A DNA stretch of 64,000 nt from Polyangiaceae bacterium. Its GTDB lineage: Bacteria; Myxococcota_A; Polyangia; Polyangiales; Polyangiaceae. Within the stretch, counting starts at the first letter, position 1. Every line of letters starts with the position of its first letter. Of this stretch, positions 31,906 through 41,230 are shown piece after piece. The stretch is from assembly GCA_050287085.1 (NCBI GenBank), contig JBNKBE010000009.1:64001-128000 (forward strand), in the 5' to 3' direction. The notes below the pieces were generated by a model that saw nothing but the letters and a program-made list of their open reading frames with translations, did no database searches and was not told where the DNA came from. A program made the position numbers and the translations under genes.

Positions 31906-32334
31906 TCAGGCCTTGGGCGGGCGAAAAATGCTGTCGGCCAGCCCCTGTTGGGGCCCTGAGGGAGCCGGGACCCATTCGATCCCAACGCTCGCCGCGTCAG
32001 GCACGCTCCAAACGTGCTCGGTGACGGAAAGCCACGCGGAGTGCGCCCAGCCTGACCCGCAAATAGGGCGCTCCGGCTCAGCCGGTCTGGCCAAGCCAAC
32101 GCCCCCTTCAGCCCACTGAGGAGCACAAGGCAACCCGTCCACCTCGTCGACCCGGCCTCCGACCACCGGATCATCGGCAATCGCGCTCGACGCGTCGTCA
32201 TTGCAGAGGGGCGCAAAAACCATCGCCGCAAACGCACGCTCGGGTGCGCAAACGCAGAGCAACAAGACCGCCAGCACTCCCCAAGGAATGCTAACGACCG
32301 CTCGGAACGTATTGACCCTCGCTCTGCGATACAT
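31906..32334 (-). CDS. Exported 142-aa hypothetical protein ending SIFRPPKA (possible leader/arrest peptide)
   Basis: Basic N-terminus, hydrophobic core, AFA-A cleavage site; three Cys in the mature part; same strand and upstream of the DsbA gene. Confidence 0.6.
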   Translation of the reverse strand: MYRRARVNTFRAVVSIPWGVLAVLLLCVCAPERAFAAMVFAPLCNDDASSAIADDPVVGGRVDEVDGLPCAPQWAEGGVGLARPAEPERPICGSGWAHSAWLSVTEHVWSVPDAASVGIEWVPAPSGPQQGLADSIFRPPKA

Positions 32335-32457
32335 CTCGAAACCGGCCGGAATTGTATTCGGTCGAACTCCGCAAACAAATGGGCTGTGCGTGCTATTCAC
32401 AGAAACTCTAAACGCGGCTTTTTTGCTTACATTATCTCACCCTGTAAGAATGGGCCT

Positions 32458-35235
32458 ATGGCGATGGGCAATGGCCACGTAAATACTGAAAATGGCGAAG
32501 GAAAACCGACTCCGCCACCAAAGCCATCGGCCGGGCCGATGGCGAGCCAGCAGCGTCGTCACGTGGGCCGCTGGACACTCCTCAAGCCGATTGCACGAGG
32601 TGGCATGGGGGAAGTCTACCTGGCCACGGCTGAGGGAATCGAAGGTGCCGAACGCCCCGCTGTGCTCAAGTTGATTCGGCGGGAACACGCTCAGGACCGT
32701 TCCTTTCGGGCTCGCTTCTTCGACGAGGCCAGAATCCAAGCCCAATTCCGGCATCCAGGTGTCGTGCAAGTGCTCGAGGCCTCCCAAGACGACGGGGGCA
32801 AGCCCTACGTGGTTTTGGAGCACGTCGAGGGACGCAATCTGGGTGAAGTGCGCGAACGCGCCGCGAGCCTCAGTATCCAGCTGAGCTGGGGGGATGCGGT
32901 GGCGATCGCCGTTGCGTTATGTGAGGCACTCGTGCACGTGCACGAGTGCACGGACGCCGAGGGACGACCTCTGCAAATCGTCCACCGCGATCTGAGTCCT
33001 CATAACGTGATGGTCGGCTACGGAGGGGACGTCAAACTCATCGATTTCGGCACCGCTCGAGGCGAAAACCGACGGTGCCAGACCGTCTCGGGGGTTGTCT
33101 TCGCTAAGCCCGGCTACGTCGCGCCAGAAGTCGCCAACAACACTCCCGGCGGAGCCGCTGCGGACCTCTACGCCCTCGGTATCATCCTTTGGGAACTGGT
33201 CATGGGGCGCCGCTTCCTCACCGGCGACCCGGCACGGCACCTGACCGAGGTGGCCGCCGGGCGCATGCCTCCCCCAGCGGTTTCACTGACGCGCAACGTC
33301 CCTCTCGAACTCGACACGCTGATCGGATGCCTTACCGCGACCGATCTGAGCGAACGCTATGCAACTGCCCGCGAAGCGCTCAGCGGATTGGTTCGAGTGC
33401 TCAAACGAGCCCCGAGCCTCGCTGACGGTGAGCGGGGTGTCCGAAGCCGCGTGCAGCACCTGATGGCGCGACTCTACCCCGCTGAGCCCGCTCGCTCACG
33501 CTCAGAGTTCGCTCAGTTGGTCAGGGCTCAGCGCGAGGCCAAGCGCAGCGATCTCTTGATGGTCGATGGTGCCCAAACCCCGGTTGCCGACACACACCGC
33601 CTACCCGGCACCCGCTACCGCATCGAGCGCGAGCTTTCGCACAACGACATGAGCGTTGTCTATCAAGCCACGCACATCGACTTGGGGCGCCAGGTGGCAC
33701 TCAAGGTGCTGCCCCAGGAGCACTGCGACAACCCTGAGTTCGAGCGTAGCTTCCGAGACGAAGCCAGGGCGCTGGCGCGCCTGAAGCATCCCAATATCGT
33801 TCAACTTCACGACTTTGGAGTCACCCAAGACGCGCGTCCTTTCTGCGCCATGGAACTGCTCAGCGGAGTGTCGCTGAAGCAATACGCGCGCAGCCAGAAG
33901 CTCGACTGGAAGGAGGTCGTGGAGCTCGGGCTCGAATTGTGTAGCGCCCTGCAAGCGGCCCACAGCGCCGATATCGTGCACCGCGACCTGAAACCGGCCA
34001 ACGTCTTCATCACCGAAGACTATCGGATCAAGTTGATCGATTTCGGCATCGCCCAAACCGCCACCGTCGCCGAGGAAGAGAGCGATTCGCTGCACGTGCG
34101 GGGCACGGTCGAGTACATGGCGCCCGAGCAGATCGAGCGCGGCGCAGTCGACGGTCGCGCCGACCTCTACGCGCTGGCGTCCGTGTTGTATGAGCTGCTC
34201 TGCGACCAACTGCCTTTTCACGAGGACAGTACCGTCGCGCTACTGGAGGCTAAGAACCACGGACAGATCCCGGCCCCGAGCGAGCTCTGCCCAGCCGCTG
34301 GGATCCCGCGGAGCCTCGACCATCTGATCCTGAAGGCGCTGGCGCCCGATCCCGCTCGGCGCTTCGCAAACGCCACCGACTTCGCGACTGCGCTGCAGCG
34401 GACGCGCGACGAAAAAGCACGTAGAAGCCGGCAGTTGATAGGTTTCTGTGTCGCCGCGGCCGGATGCGCGGCAGCGTTCGGTCTATTCCAAGCTCTGGGC
34501 ACAGGAAGGGCTTTCGCCTGGCTGGACCACCCAGCTCCGGTGGTTCATGCCCACGCCCTAACGCCGAAAGAGCGTTGGGATCGCCGCGCCGCATTGCTGC
34601 AATACGCGCCCGAAAGCCCAACAGCGCAGGCGCTTCTCTACGCCGGTGACGCATCCTCGCAGACGGCATCCGACGCGAGCGCGCAACCAGCCTCGACTCC
34701 CGAAGACAGCGAAACAGAGCCCCCAAGCGTGGATGGGATCGTCGAAGAGCAGCCCACCGTCGCTGCGGGCTCCATCGCGCCGACGAGCACTTCCGCGTCC
34801 GAGCCCGTGGCTACGACACCGGAGCCTCAAGAGACAAGTCGTTCAGTCCCAGACGCTCCGGAGCCCGTGGCCGCCCAGTCCCAACTTGAACCCCGCATCA
34901 AGACGATAGAAGCCTGGTGGCGCCAAGGTCGAGGCGGTGTCTTCAAGGCCCTTGAGGCCGCCCGAAAACTGGGAGCGACGCACCCCGACGACCCCGACGT
35001 ATTGCGGGTGTGGTCCATCAGCGCGGCGAAAGCCGAATGGTGGGGCGAATCGCTCCGCGTGGCCACCCGCTGGGCCGCGAGTGACCCGAGCGAGGCCGCC
35101 CAGCTCCACCTGGCCCGCACACAGCGCCGCATCGGGCAGCGCTACGGTGCGATCCAAACCCTGAAGCGACTGCTCGATGAGTCGCCGGAGCACCCTGAGG
35201 CCTCTGCGCTCTTGGAGAAATACAGACAGCCCTGA
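32458..35235 (+). CDS. Protein with two tandem Ser/Thr kinase domains, TM segment and C-terminal TPR-like region
   Basis: Domain 1: RGGMGEVY, HRDLSPHN, DFG, YVAPE. Domain 2: VALK, HRDLKPAN, DFG, GTVEYMAPE. Start uncertain. Confidence 0.92.
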   Translation: MAMGNGHVNTENGEGKPTPPPKPSAGPMASQQRRHVGRWTLLKPIARGGMGEVYLATAEGIEGAERPAVLKLIRREHAQDRSFRARFFDEARIQAQFRHPGVVQVLEASQDDGGKPYVVLEHVEGRNLGEVRERAASLSIQLSWGDAVAIAVALCEALVHVHECTDAEGRPLQIVHRDLSPHNVMVGYGGDVKLIDFGTARGENRRCQTVSGVVFAKPGYVAPEVANNTPGGAAADLYALGIILWELVMGRRFLTGDPARHLTEVAAGRMPPPAVSLTRNVPLELDTLIGCLTATDLSERYATAREALSGLVRVLKRAPSLADGERGVRSRVQHLMARLYPAEPARSRSEFAQLVRAQREAKRSDLLMVDGAQTPVADTHRLPGTRYRIERELSHNDMSVVYQATHIDLGRQVALKVLPQEHCDNPEFERSFRDEARALARLKHPNIVQLHDFGVTQDARPFCAMELLSGVSLKQYARSQKLDWKEVVELGLELCSALQAAHSADIVHRDLKPANVFITEDYRIKLIDFGIAQTATVAEEESDSLHVRGTVEYMAPEQIERGAVDGRADLYALASVLYELLCDQLPFHEDSTVALLEAKNHGQIPAPSELCPAAGIPRSLDHLILKALAPDPARRFANATDFATALQRTRDEKARRSRQLIGFCVAAAGCAAAFGLFQALGTGRAFAWLDHPAPVVHAHALTPKERWDRRAALLQYAPESPTAQALLYAGDASSQTASDASAQPASTPEDSETEPPSVDGIVEEQPTVAAGSIAPTSTSASEPVATTPEPQETSRSVPDAPEPVAAQSQLEPRIKTIEAWWRQGRGGVFKALEAARKLGATHPDDPDVLRVWSISAAKAEWWGESLRVATRWAASDPSEAAQLHLARTQRRIGQRYGAIQTLKRLLDESPEHPEASALLEKYRQP

Positions 35236-35295
35236 GCGTTGGCAAACGCGCTCTGCTTTTGCCTTTCGTCACCCACACATGCTAGGGGCAGGCGC

Positions 35296-36165
35296 GTGGC
35301 GGTAGACAAGCGTAGCGTTCGAGTGGGCGTTCCGACCAACAAGGCGGGGCCGGGTCTCGGTCACGTGGGTGTCTTTGCCGTCGTGTGTTTCGCGCTCGGC
35401 GTGTTGTGGCCGACCCTGGGAGGGGTAACACTGGTACCGGAGCCCCCCGGCAAAGCTCGCGCCGAAGAGAAGAAGGCCAGTCCCAGGCCTCCGCATTCCG
35501 GGTTCGGAGACGCGCCCGCAGAGCCCGTACCGGTGTCGAAAGCCACCCCGGCCCCCACGCTGACCCAAGATGCAAGAATTCAGATCGAACGGTCCTTGGT
35601 GGTCAATTGTCGCGATGCCCAGGACCGACGACTGGCGTCCTGCGACGAGCCGGGCTTCGATGGAGTCGCCAAAGACCGAATCCTGGCGTTGAGTACATGC
35701 CCCGCTGCGGAGTTCGCCGCGGGCACCCTCTCTCTCGGTTTTGACCTCGACTTCGCGACCAAGAAGATTCGGAAACTTCTGCGCGGCAAGAGCACAACTG
35801 TGCCCGACGACACAGCCGAAGCGCTCGTCGAGTGCGCCAAGCGCGAGTTCCTCTCCGCAACGCTGCAGGACGTAGCCTTCACCCATCCGCGCTACCTGGT
35901 GTTCTACGTCATACGCTTCGTTCCCGCCGGGACGCCGGAGGTTGCACTGGACGGGGAGAACGCCGTCGTGAAAGCCAGCGGCTCCGCCTCAATTATCTGG
36001 AATTCTGCACGGATACGCTCCGAGCCAGAAGCGGGCGAAGTGAAGGCACGCCTGCTCTACGGCACCAAGGTCTTCGTGACAGGGCGACGCGGCGACTGGT
36101 ATCGCGTCCGATACGACGCCCGTGGCTCCGAGGGCTGGGTGCACAAAAACGCACTCGCGCTATAG
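35296..36165 (+). CDS. Membrane-anchored protein with C-terminal bacterial SH3 domain
   Basis: N-terminal TM; ARIRSEP..GTKVFVTGRRGDWYRVRY..EGWVH; GTG start chosen. Confidence 0.8.
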   Translation: MAVDKRSVRVGVPTNKAGPGLGHVGVFAVVCFALGVLWPTLGGVTLVPEPPGKARAEEKKASPRPPHSGFGDAPAEPVPVSKATPAPTLTQDARIQIERSLVVNCRDAQDRRLASCDEPGFDGVAKDRILALSTCPAAEFAAGTLSLGFDLDFATKKIRKLLRGKSTTVPDDTAEALVECAKREFLSATLQDVAFTHPRYLVFYVIRFVPAGTPEVALDGENAVVKASGSASIIWNSARIRSEPEAGEVKARLLYGTKVFVTGRRGDWYRVRYDARGSEGWVHKNALAL

Positions 36166-36340
36166 ACAACACCCCGGCGAGTGCTGACACTTCAGCAGGC
36201 ACGAGCCGACCTCCGTCTGCCGTGCTAAGCTGGTGAATTGAAAGGCAGTCGTTCCGTGCCGGGCCCAACGCCCCGCGCACTCCGACAATCCCGGCTCCCG
36301 GTGGCCTCGCGGCACTGAAGCCGTCCCGAGAATACGACAC

Positions 36341-36724
36341 GTGACGACCAAGAACAGCAAGAAGCAGGCGAACCAGGCGGGGGAAAACGTAGCCCTGATC
36401 TGTGGTGCTTCAGAGGATGGCAGCCAGATTGCACTGCTCCGCAAACGCAACGATCGGGTGGAAGCTGGCATCGCGAGAAAGCTCGAGGAAGGAAAGCCCA
36501 TCCACGGTGAGGTAGTGCAGCTGCGTCCGCGAGAGAACTCGCTGCTATGTGACGTGGAAACCGTCTATCAGTCGCCCGAAGCCCCGGAGACGACGCCGAG
36601 CGCGGCCTCACCCCGCTCCGGCGGAGAGCATCGAGGGCATCCGGCGCAGGTGGCTTCGGATACCTACCGCAGCGGCTGGGACGCCATTTGGAGCCGAACC
36701 AGCCGCGAAAAGCTGCTCAACTAG
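36341..36724 (+). CDS. Hypothetical protein (127 aa)
   Basis: Fills the gap; natural-looking sequence with LEEGKPIHGEVVQL and PAQVASDTYRSGWDAIW. Confidence 0.7.
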   Translation: MTTKNSKKQANQAGENVALICGASEDGSQIALLRKRNDRVEAGIARKLEEGKPIHGEVVQLRPRENSLLCDVETVYQSPEAPETTPSAASPRSGGEHRGHPAQVASDTYRSGWDAIWSRTSREKLLN

Positions 36725-36757
36725 ACGGCTCGCCCCAACTACGAGCGCCACGTCCCG

Positions 36758-38959
36758 CTACAGTAGCGCTAGCACGTCCAGCACCCCCTGGCGCGGCACC
36801 ACAAATACGACTCGAGCGAGCTCCTCCCGCTTTGAACGCGCGTAATAGACGGCAGCCCCCTCAAAGGCGTCTGCCGCTCCAATGACATAGGCGAGCTTGC
36901 CGCTCGGGGGGCTTTCACCCAGCGCGTTCTGCCACTCGTACTCGACTTCCAGCGCGGGACTACCCAGGCCGTGGTGTGACTGCTCCCCGGTCACGGACGC
37001 TACCGCCAATGGCTGAACACGCCCTAGCACGTCGATAAGCTCTTGTGACCGAGCGGGTCCCAGTACGGGTCCCGCCGTTTGCACCCACTCATCCCCGAGC
37101 GCCTCCAACACCCAGGCGTGCTGCCCACCGGCTCCTCGCACCGTGACCTTCGTGAGTCGCTCGCGATCGACGCGGAAGGCGCTTCGATCGATCACCCAAG
37201 TGTCCAGACGCCGAAGCTCTGCCTCCCCGAGGCGAAAGACCCCTTGCCCGTCCAAGGAAGCGTAGCGGCCACCTGCTGGTGCGGGAGCCCCCACGATGAG
37301 CTCATGCTGCTCCGACTCGGTCGCCAGCTGAACGCGCAACGTCGGAGCGTCAAAACCAAACTCCCCGTTCACACTCGACTGGACCCACGCTTCTGCGCTG
37401 AGATGGGCCAGCGCCTCAACCAGTTCGCTGGCCACGCCCTCGTCGACGGGCAACCCCGCCGGACGCTCCATACGCCAGCGCTCGTCCGTCCGAACGAGTA
37501 CTTGCATCCCGCGGGCAGCATTCACCTGAATCCGTCGAATAGTACTCGGCTCCAAGCGCAGTACCTCCAGACTCCGGAGCAGGACATCGTCGACAGAGAG
37601 CAGGTTGCGAATACCGGGCCCCAGGCGGAGCCACGCCCCATCGTCATGACGCTCCGCGTAGACGAAGGGGCTGTCCTCCAGTCCGTAAAGCGTGAGGCGT
37701 TCTTCACGCCCCGGCTTGTCATCGCTCAGCGCCTGAGTCCGATACACGAGCTGAGCGTGGGGGCGCTCGCGGGTACCTGGCGGCGGCGTGGAAAGCCACT
37801 CGCCAGAGGCATTGGCTAGCGCTTCGACACGCAACTGACCGCGCTCCTGCGGCACGTTACCGTCGCGCGGTGAACGCATATGAAAGCCTTCCTCGGAGCG
37901 CACAAGGCTCAACTTATCCCCCAAGCGCTCAATCTCGAGAGCCTCCACCTCATCCGCTCGAAACGACGTTAACCCCGCGTCGATGAACTGCTCGGGACGC
38001 GCCAGAAGTGCGCGTAGCGCCGGGACCTGAACGCAGGCAGCCAGGGGCTCCGGTTGAACGCGCACAGCCAACTCGCCCACGTCTGAGCCGGGACACGGTC
38101 CCCCCAGCATCAAGTCGAGCGAACGCTCTCGGGTCGCGCTGGCGTGCAACGCCACAAGCGCGGGATGCTCTCGCTGTAGCTCCGTGGCTTGCTCGACGGC
38201 GACCCAATCGCGACTCTGAAGCCGGGCCATCTCCGCGAAGAGACGGTTCATCAGCGCGCCGCTCACACGGGCGCCCTTGAACGCCTCTCCGAAATACCAG
38301 CCGCCCGCGCTTCCCCCTTCGAGGGCGCGATGTTCCAGGGCCACACCATCTCGCCCCGCTGTTGCCTGACCCGCCCTCGAAAGACGGAGCGAACGCAGGT
38401 CTCGCTCCGGGAACGTCAGCAAACGGGTGATCCGAAACTCGGCGGGCGTGACCCGAAAAGCCTCGACCAGTCCTTCTGCGACCACGTAGATTCCGGGGCG
38501 CGCGCCGCCGCGAACGGCCAAGTAGCGCGCCCCTTTGGGCGTTGCGGCCTCCGCGCCCACAAGTAGCGTGAGCGTTCCCCCTCCCAATTCGAGCTTCAGC
38601 TCGATACTCGGCGCGTCCAAGCCGTAGCGCGCTGCGTCGCCGTCCGTCGGCAATTGCCGTACGAAGCTCGCGTAGCGGAGCGCCCTCAGCAGCCCGTCCA
38701 CGCGGGCGTCGTCGGCCACAGCGTGCTCCGGCGCGACCATCAAGAAGCGGTGCTCTCCCTCGGAAGCCTCGATCCGCAAACGCTCCGGCGCTTCGAGCTC
38801 GAGAGCGCGCACCTCGTCCTCTTCGAAGGCCGGCAGTAGATTGTGCTCACGCGCCAGTAGTTGCCCCGTCGTGGGGAGCCTCTCCGTGGCGAACACGGCT
38901 CCCCAGGCCACCAAGGCCATTACGACCAAGGCCATATCAACCCAGTGCTTGCGCGTCAC
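36758..38959 (-). CDS. Multi-DUF4340-domain protein
   Basis: N-terminal TM; repeated YGLDAP/FGFDAP/HGLGSP..L.VG motifs; last gene of the Gld-like ABC cluster. Confidence 0.8.
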   Translation of the reverse strand: MTRKHWVDMALVVMALVAWGAVFATERLPTTGQLLAREHNLLPAFEEDEVRALELEAPERLRIEASEGEHRFLMVAPEHAVADDARVDGLLRALRYASFVRQLPTDGDAARYGLDAPSIELKLELGGGTLTLLVGAEAATPKGARYLAVRGGARPGIYVVAEGLVEAFRVTPAEFRITRLLTFPERDLRSLRLSRAGQATAGRDGVALEHRALEGGSAGGWYFGEAFKGARVSGALMNRLFAEMARLQSRDWVAVEQATELQREHPALVALHASATRERSLDLMLGGPCPGSDVGELAVRVQPEPLAACVQVPALRALLARPEQFIDAGLTSFRADEVEALEIERLGDKLSLVRSEEGFHMRSPRDGNVPQERGQLRVEALANASGEWLSTPPPGTRERPHAQLVYRTQALSDDKPGREERLTLYGLEDSPFVYAERHDDGAWLRLGPGIRNLLSVDDVLLRSLEVLRLEPSTIRRIQVNAARGMQVLVRTDERWRMERPAGLPVDEGVASELVEALAHLSAEAWVQSSVNGEFGFDAPTLRVQLATESEQHELIVGAPAPAGGRYASLDGQGVFRLGEAELRRLDTWVIDRSAFRVDRERLTKVTVRGAGGQHAWVLEALGDEWVQTAGPVLGPARSQELIDVLGRVQPLAVASVTGEQSHHGLGSPALEVEYEWQNALGESPPSGKLAYVIGAADAFEGAAVYYARSKREELARVVFVVPRQGVLDVLALL

Positions 38960-40545
38960 ACATCCTCCGACTCGGGCTCATGCCGGCGGCGAAGGAGCGC
39001 CAACACGCCGATGAGGGCAGCCACCGCTGGCATGTAGAAGAGCACGTAGCGATGGACTTCGCCGAGCGCAGCGTCTGTCAGAGCCAAGCCCGCGGCATAA
39101 CGCGGCTTGTCCGGAACGCTCACAAGTGCTCGACGCTGACTCAGCCATGTGAGCACCTGCTCCACGAAGGTGCGCGTGGAGAAGAGACCGGCCTCAGACC
39201 AGGTTGCGGCTAGCAACGGGCTGACGCTGCCCAACACCAGCAAACGTGCCTGACGCTGTCCTGAACCATGCTCCCCAACGGCGGCAGCGGCGACGACCTG
39301 CTCGCCCGGCGACTGACTCGCCTTGCGCAAACGTTCCACGGCGCGGGGGCCGTCCAGCTCCGCCACCGACGGCAAGGAGAACGCAAGCGCGCTCGAACGC
39401 AGCAGAGGTGTCGCGGGGGCGCCCGGGGCGAGCTCTAGCCCCTGAGCCAGACGCAATACAACGCCCTGATCCGGCGCCTCGACGCCGCGAGTTGTGGGAT
39501 GTGACAACGCGCTAGCGATGAATACCTCACCGCCCAATCCCACCGGTAGACGACGCGCCTCGTCGGTCTCAAATACCAACCCCGTACGCGAACGCACGCC
39601 GAAGCGCTGGAGGAAGCGATCGAGAGCGCCGAGTTCAGCCCCTTCCAACGCCGGGCCAAGGGCCACCAAGACGCCCCCACCCTGCTCCCAGTAGCGGTCG
39701 AGCTCCGCCTCAACGCGCGCTTCGAAGGGTTGTTCCGGAGCGGCGATAATCAGCAGCGAGCACGCGCTAAGCTCGCTGCTTGCCGATGCCACGTCCAATC
39801 GCAGTGAACGAACCCTGAAGTTGTTGCGCTCCAAGCGCGCGCGCAGTTCACGCAGCCCCCCCGGCCCAGCATCATCGATCGAAAGCTCTCCATGACCTTC
39901 ACTGAAGCAAGCCGTGGCCTCCACCTGGTCGAGCAGCTGAACAAGCCCCTCGCTCAGAGCTTGCTCCAATCGGGGCCGAGCGAACCCAGCGTCGTCGAAT
40001 TGAACGATGTCGTCCGTGGTGATGAACCAGCGTCGTTCACCACGCACCAGCACGATGCTCGCTTCGGCCGCCAATCGTCCGTTTTCGGTGCGCCCTTCGA
40101 AAACCCCATACTCTCGCTGCAACGCAACGAACGTCGCCGGATCGCGATCCGGATCGACAAAGCGCGCGGCGAGCCATGGTGAACGAGCACGATACTCGTC
40201 CAGGACGTAGCGCACGCTGCCGGTCATCGGGTCGGTACCCGGCAGAAAGACGACGACCTCAATCGGGTCCTGTAACCGCTCAAGAACCTCAAGGGTCGGG
40301 GGTGTGAGCGAATAGAGCTCCGCGCCTGTCAAATCCAACCGGTCGAAGAAGCGCTCCGCCAAAACGTTGCATGCAACGAATAGGAGCACGGCCGCCATCA
40401 CGCCCGCAAAACGCCAAGGCGAGGGCAGCAAAGCCTCCCTAGAAAAAGCCTCCCTAGAATCAGGCAAGCGCCCCCCTGCCGCTGGCATAGCCATCGACGA
40501 CGCGCACAGAGAGAAAGAGCGCAAGCGCCGCAACACTGAGGTCAA
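38956..40545 (-). CDS. GldG-like ABC transporter auxiliary component
   Basis: RLDLT..YSLTPPT..L, FVDPDRDP, FSEGHGE, IAAP; C-terminal TM plus RRR; true start probably near 40430. Confidence 0.85.
   Translation of the reverse strand: MTSVLRRLRSFSLCASSMAMPAAGGRLPDSREAFSREALLPSPWRFAGVMAAVLLFVACNVLAERFFDRLDLTGAELYSLTPPTLEVLERLQDPIEVVVFLPGTDPMTGSVRYVLDEYRARSPWLAARFVDPDRDPATFVALQREYGVFEGRTENGRLAAEASIVLVRGERRWFITTDDIVQFDDAGFARPRLEQALSEGLVQLLDQVEATACFSEGHGELSIDDAGPGGLRELRARLERNNFRVRSLRLDVASASSELSACSLLIIAAPEQPFEARVEAELDRYWEQGGGVLVALGPALEGAELGALDRFLQRFGVRSRTGLVFETDEARRLPVGLGGEVFIASALSHPTTRGVEAPDQGVVLRLAQGLELAPGAPATPLLRSSALAFSLPSVAELDGPRAVERLRKASQSPGEQVVAAAAVGEHGSGQRQARLLVLGSVSPLLAATWSEAGLFSTRTFVEQVLTWLSQRRALVSVPDKPRYAAGLALTDAALGEVHRYVLFYMPAVAALIGVLALLRRRHEPESEDV
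40430..40459. repeat. Perfect 15-bp direct duplication at the GldF/GldG-like gene junction
   Basis: aaagcctccctagaa twice, immediately after the permease stop codon on the minus strand. Confidence 0.85.
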
Positions 40546-41230
40546 GACACACGCGGCGGGAATCGATCACGCCCTTCGAGAAGTCCTCGAGCTGCGCGAG
40601 GACCGACACATAGCGCGATAGCGATAGCAGCGGACCTTCGTCAAATATGCGCTCGCCGACGCCTAAGACCAGCCAACCGAAGACGGCAAGGGTGGACAAT
40701 AGTAGCGCCACAAACTGGGAGGAAGATAGGGCGCTCATCAGGCTACCGAGCGCGATGAATGCGCTGCCCAGCAGCAGCAACCCGACGTAGCTGACGAAGA
40801 CAACCGACCACTCAACGACGCCCGTATCGCGGAGAATGAACGAATACAGAACTGTCGGCGCCCACATCAATGCGTAGGTAAGAAGAACTGCCAGATACTT
40901 GCCCAGCACAACGGCCGGAGCCGGCACTGCCGCCGTTAGGAGTAGCTCGATGCTGCCACTTCGACGCTCCTCGGACAGAGTCCGCATGGTCAACGACGGG
41001 CACACGAGCACCAATGAGATCGGTACGAATAGCGAGGCGAAGTAGCCTTGGACGGGACCATCGAACGCTCCAGAGCCCGCAAAGTGCGCGAAGTGATCGA
41101 CCATCAGCGTGAAGCTCAGGCCCTGCAGTGCGAGGAATACGAAGAGCAGTACCCACGCCGTGGGCGTGACCCACAGGCTGCGCAGTTCACGGCGAAAGAT
41201 AGCAGCCAATGCAACCCAGGTACGCTTCAT
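40460..41230 (-). CDS. ABC-2 permease, GldF-like
   Basis: IFRRELRSL, TMRTLSEERRSGSIELLLT, VVLGKY, DFSKGVID. Confidence 0.9.
   Translation of the reverse strand: MKRTWVALAAIFRRELRSLWVTPTAWVLLFVFLALQGLSFTLMVDHFAHFAGSGAFDGPVQGYFASLFVPISLVLVCPSLTMRTLSEERRSGSIELLLTAAVPAPAVVLGKYLAVLLTYALMWAPTVLYSFILRDTGVVEWSVVFVSYVGLLLLGSAFIALGSLMSALSSSQFVALLLSTLAVFGWLVLGVGERIFDEGPLLSLSRYVSVLAQLEDFSKGVIDSRRVCLDLSVAALALFLSVRVVDGYASGRGALA

Noticed and set aside
35233..35295. In-frame TGA between the tandem kinase and SH3 genes as readthrough or selenocysteine
   Set aside because: Same-frame adjacency has a one-in-three chance, both proteins look complete, and no SECIS-like context is evident.
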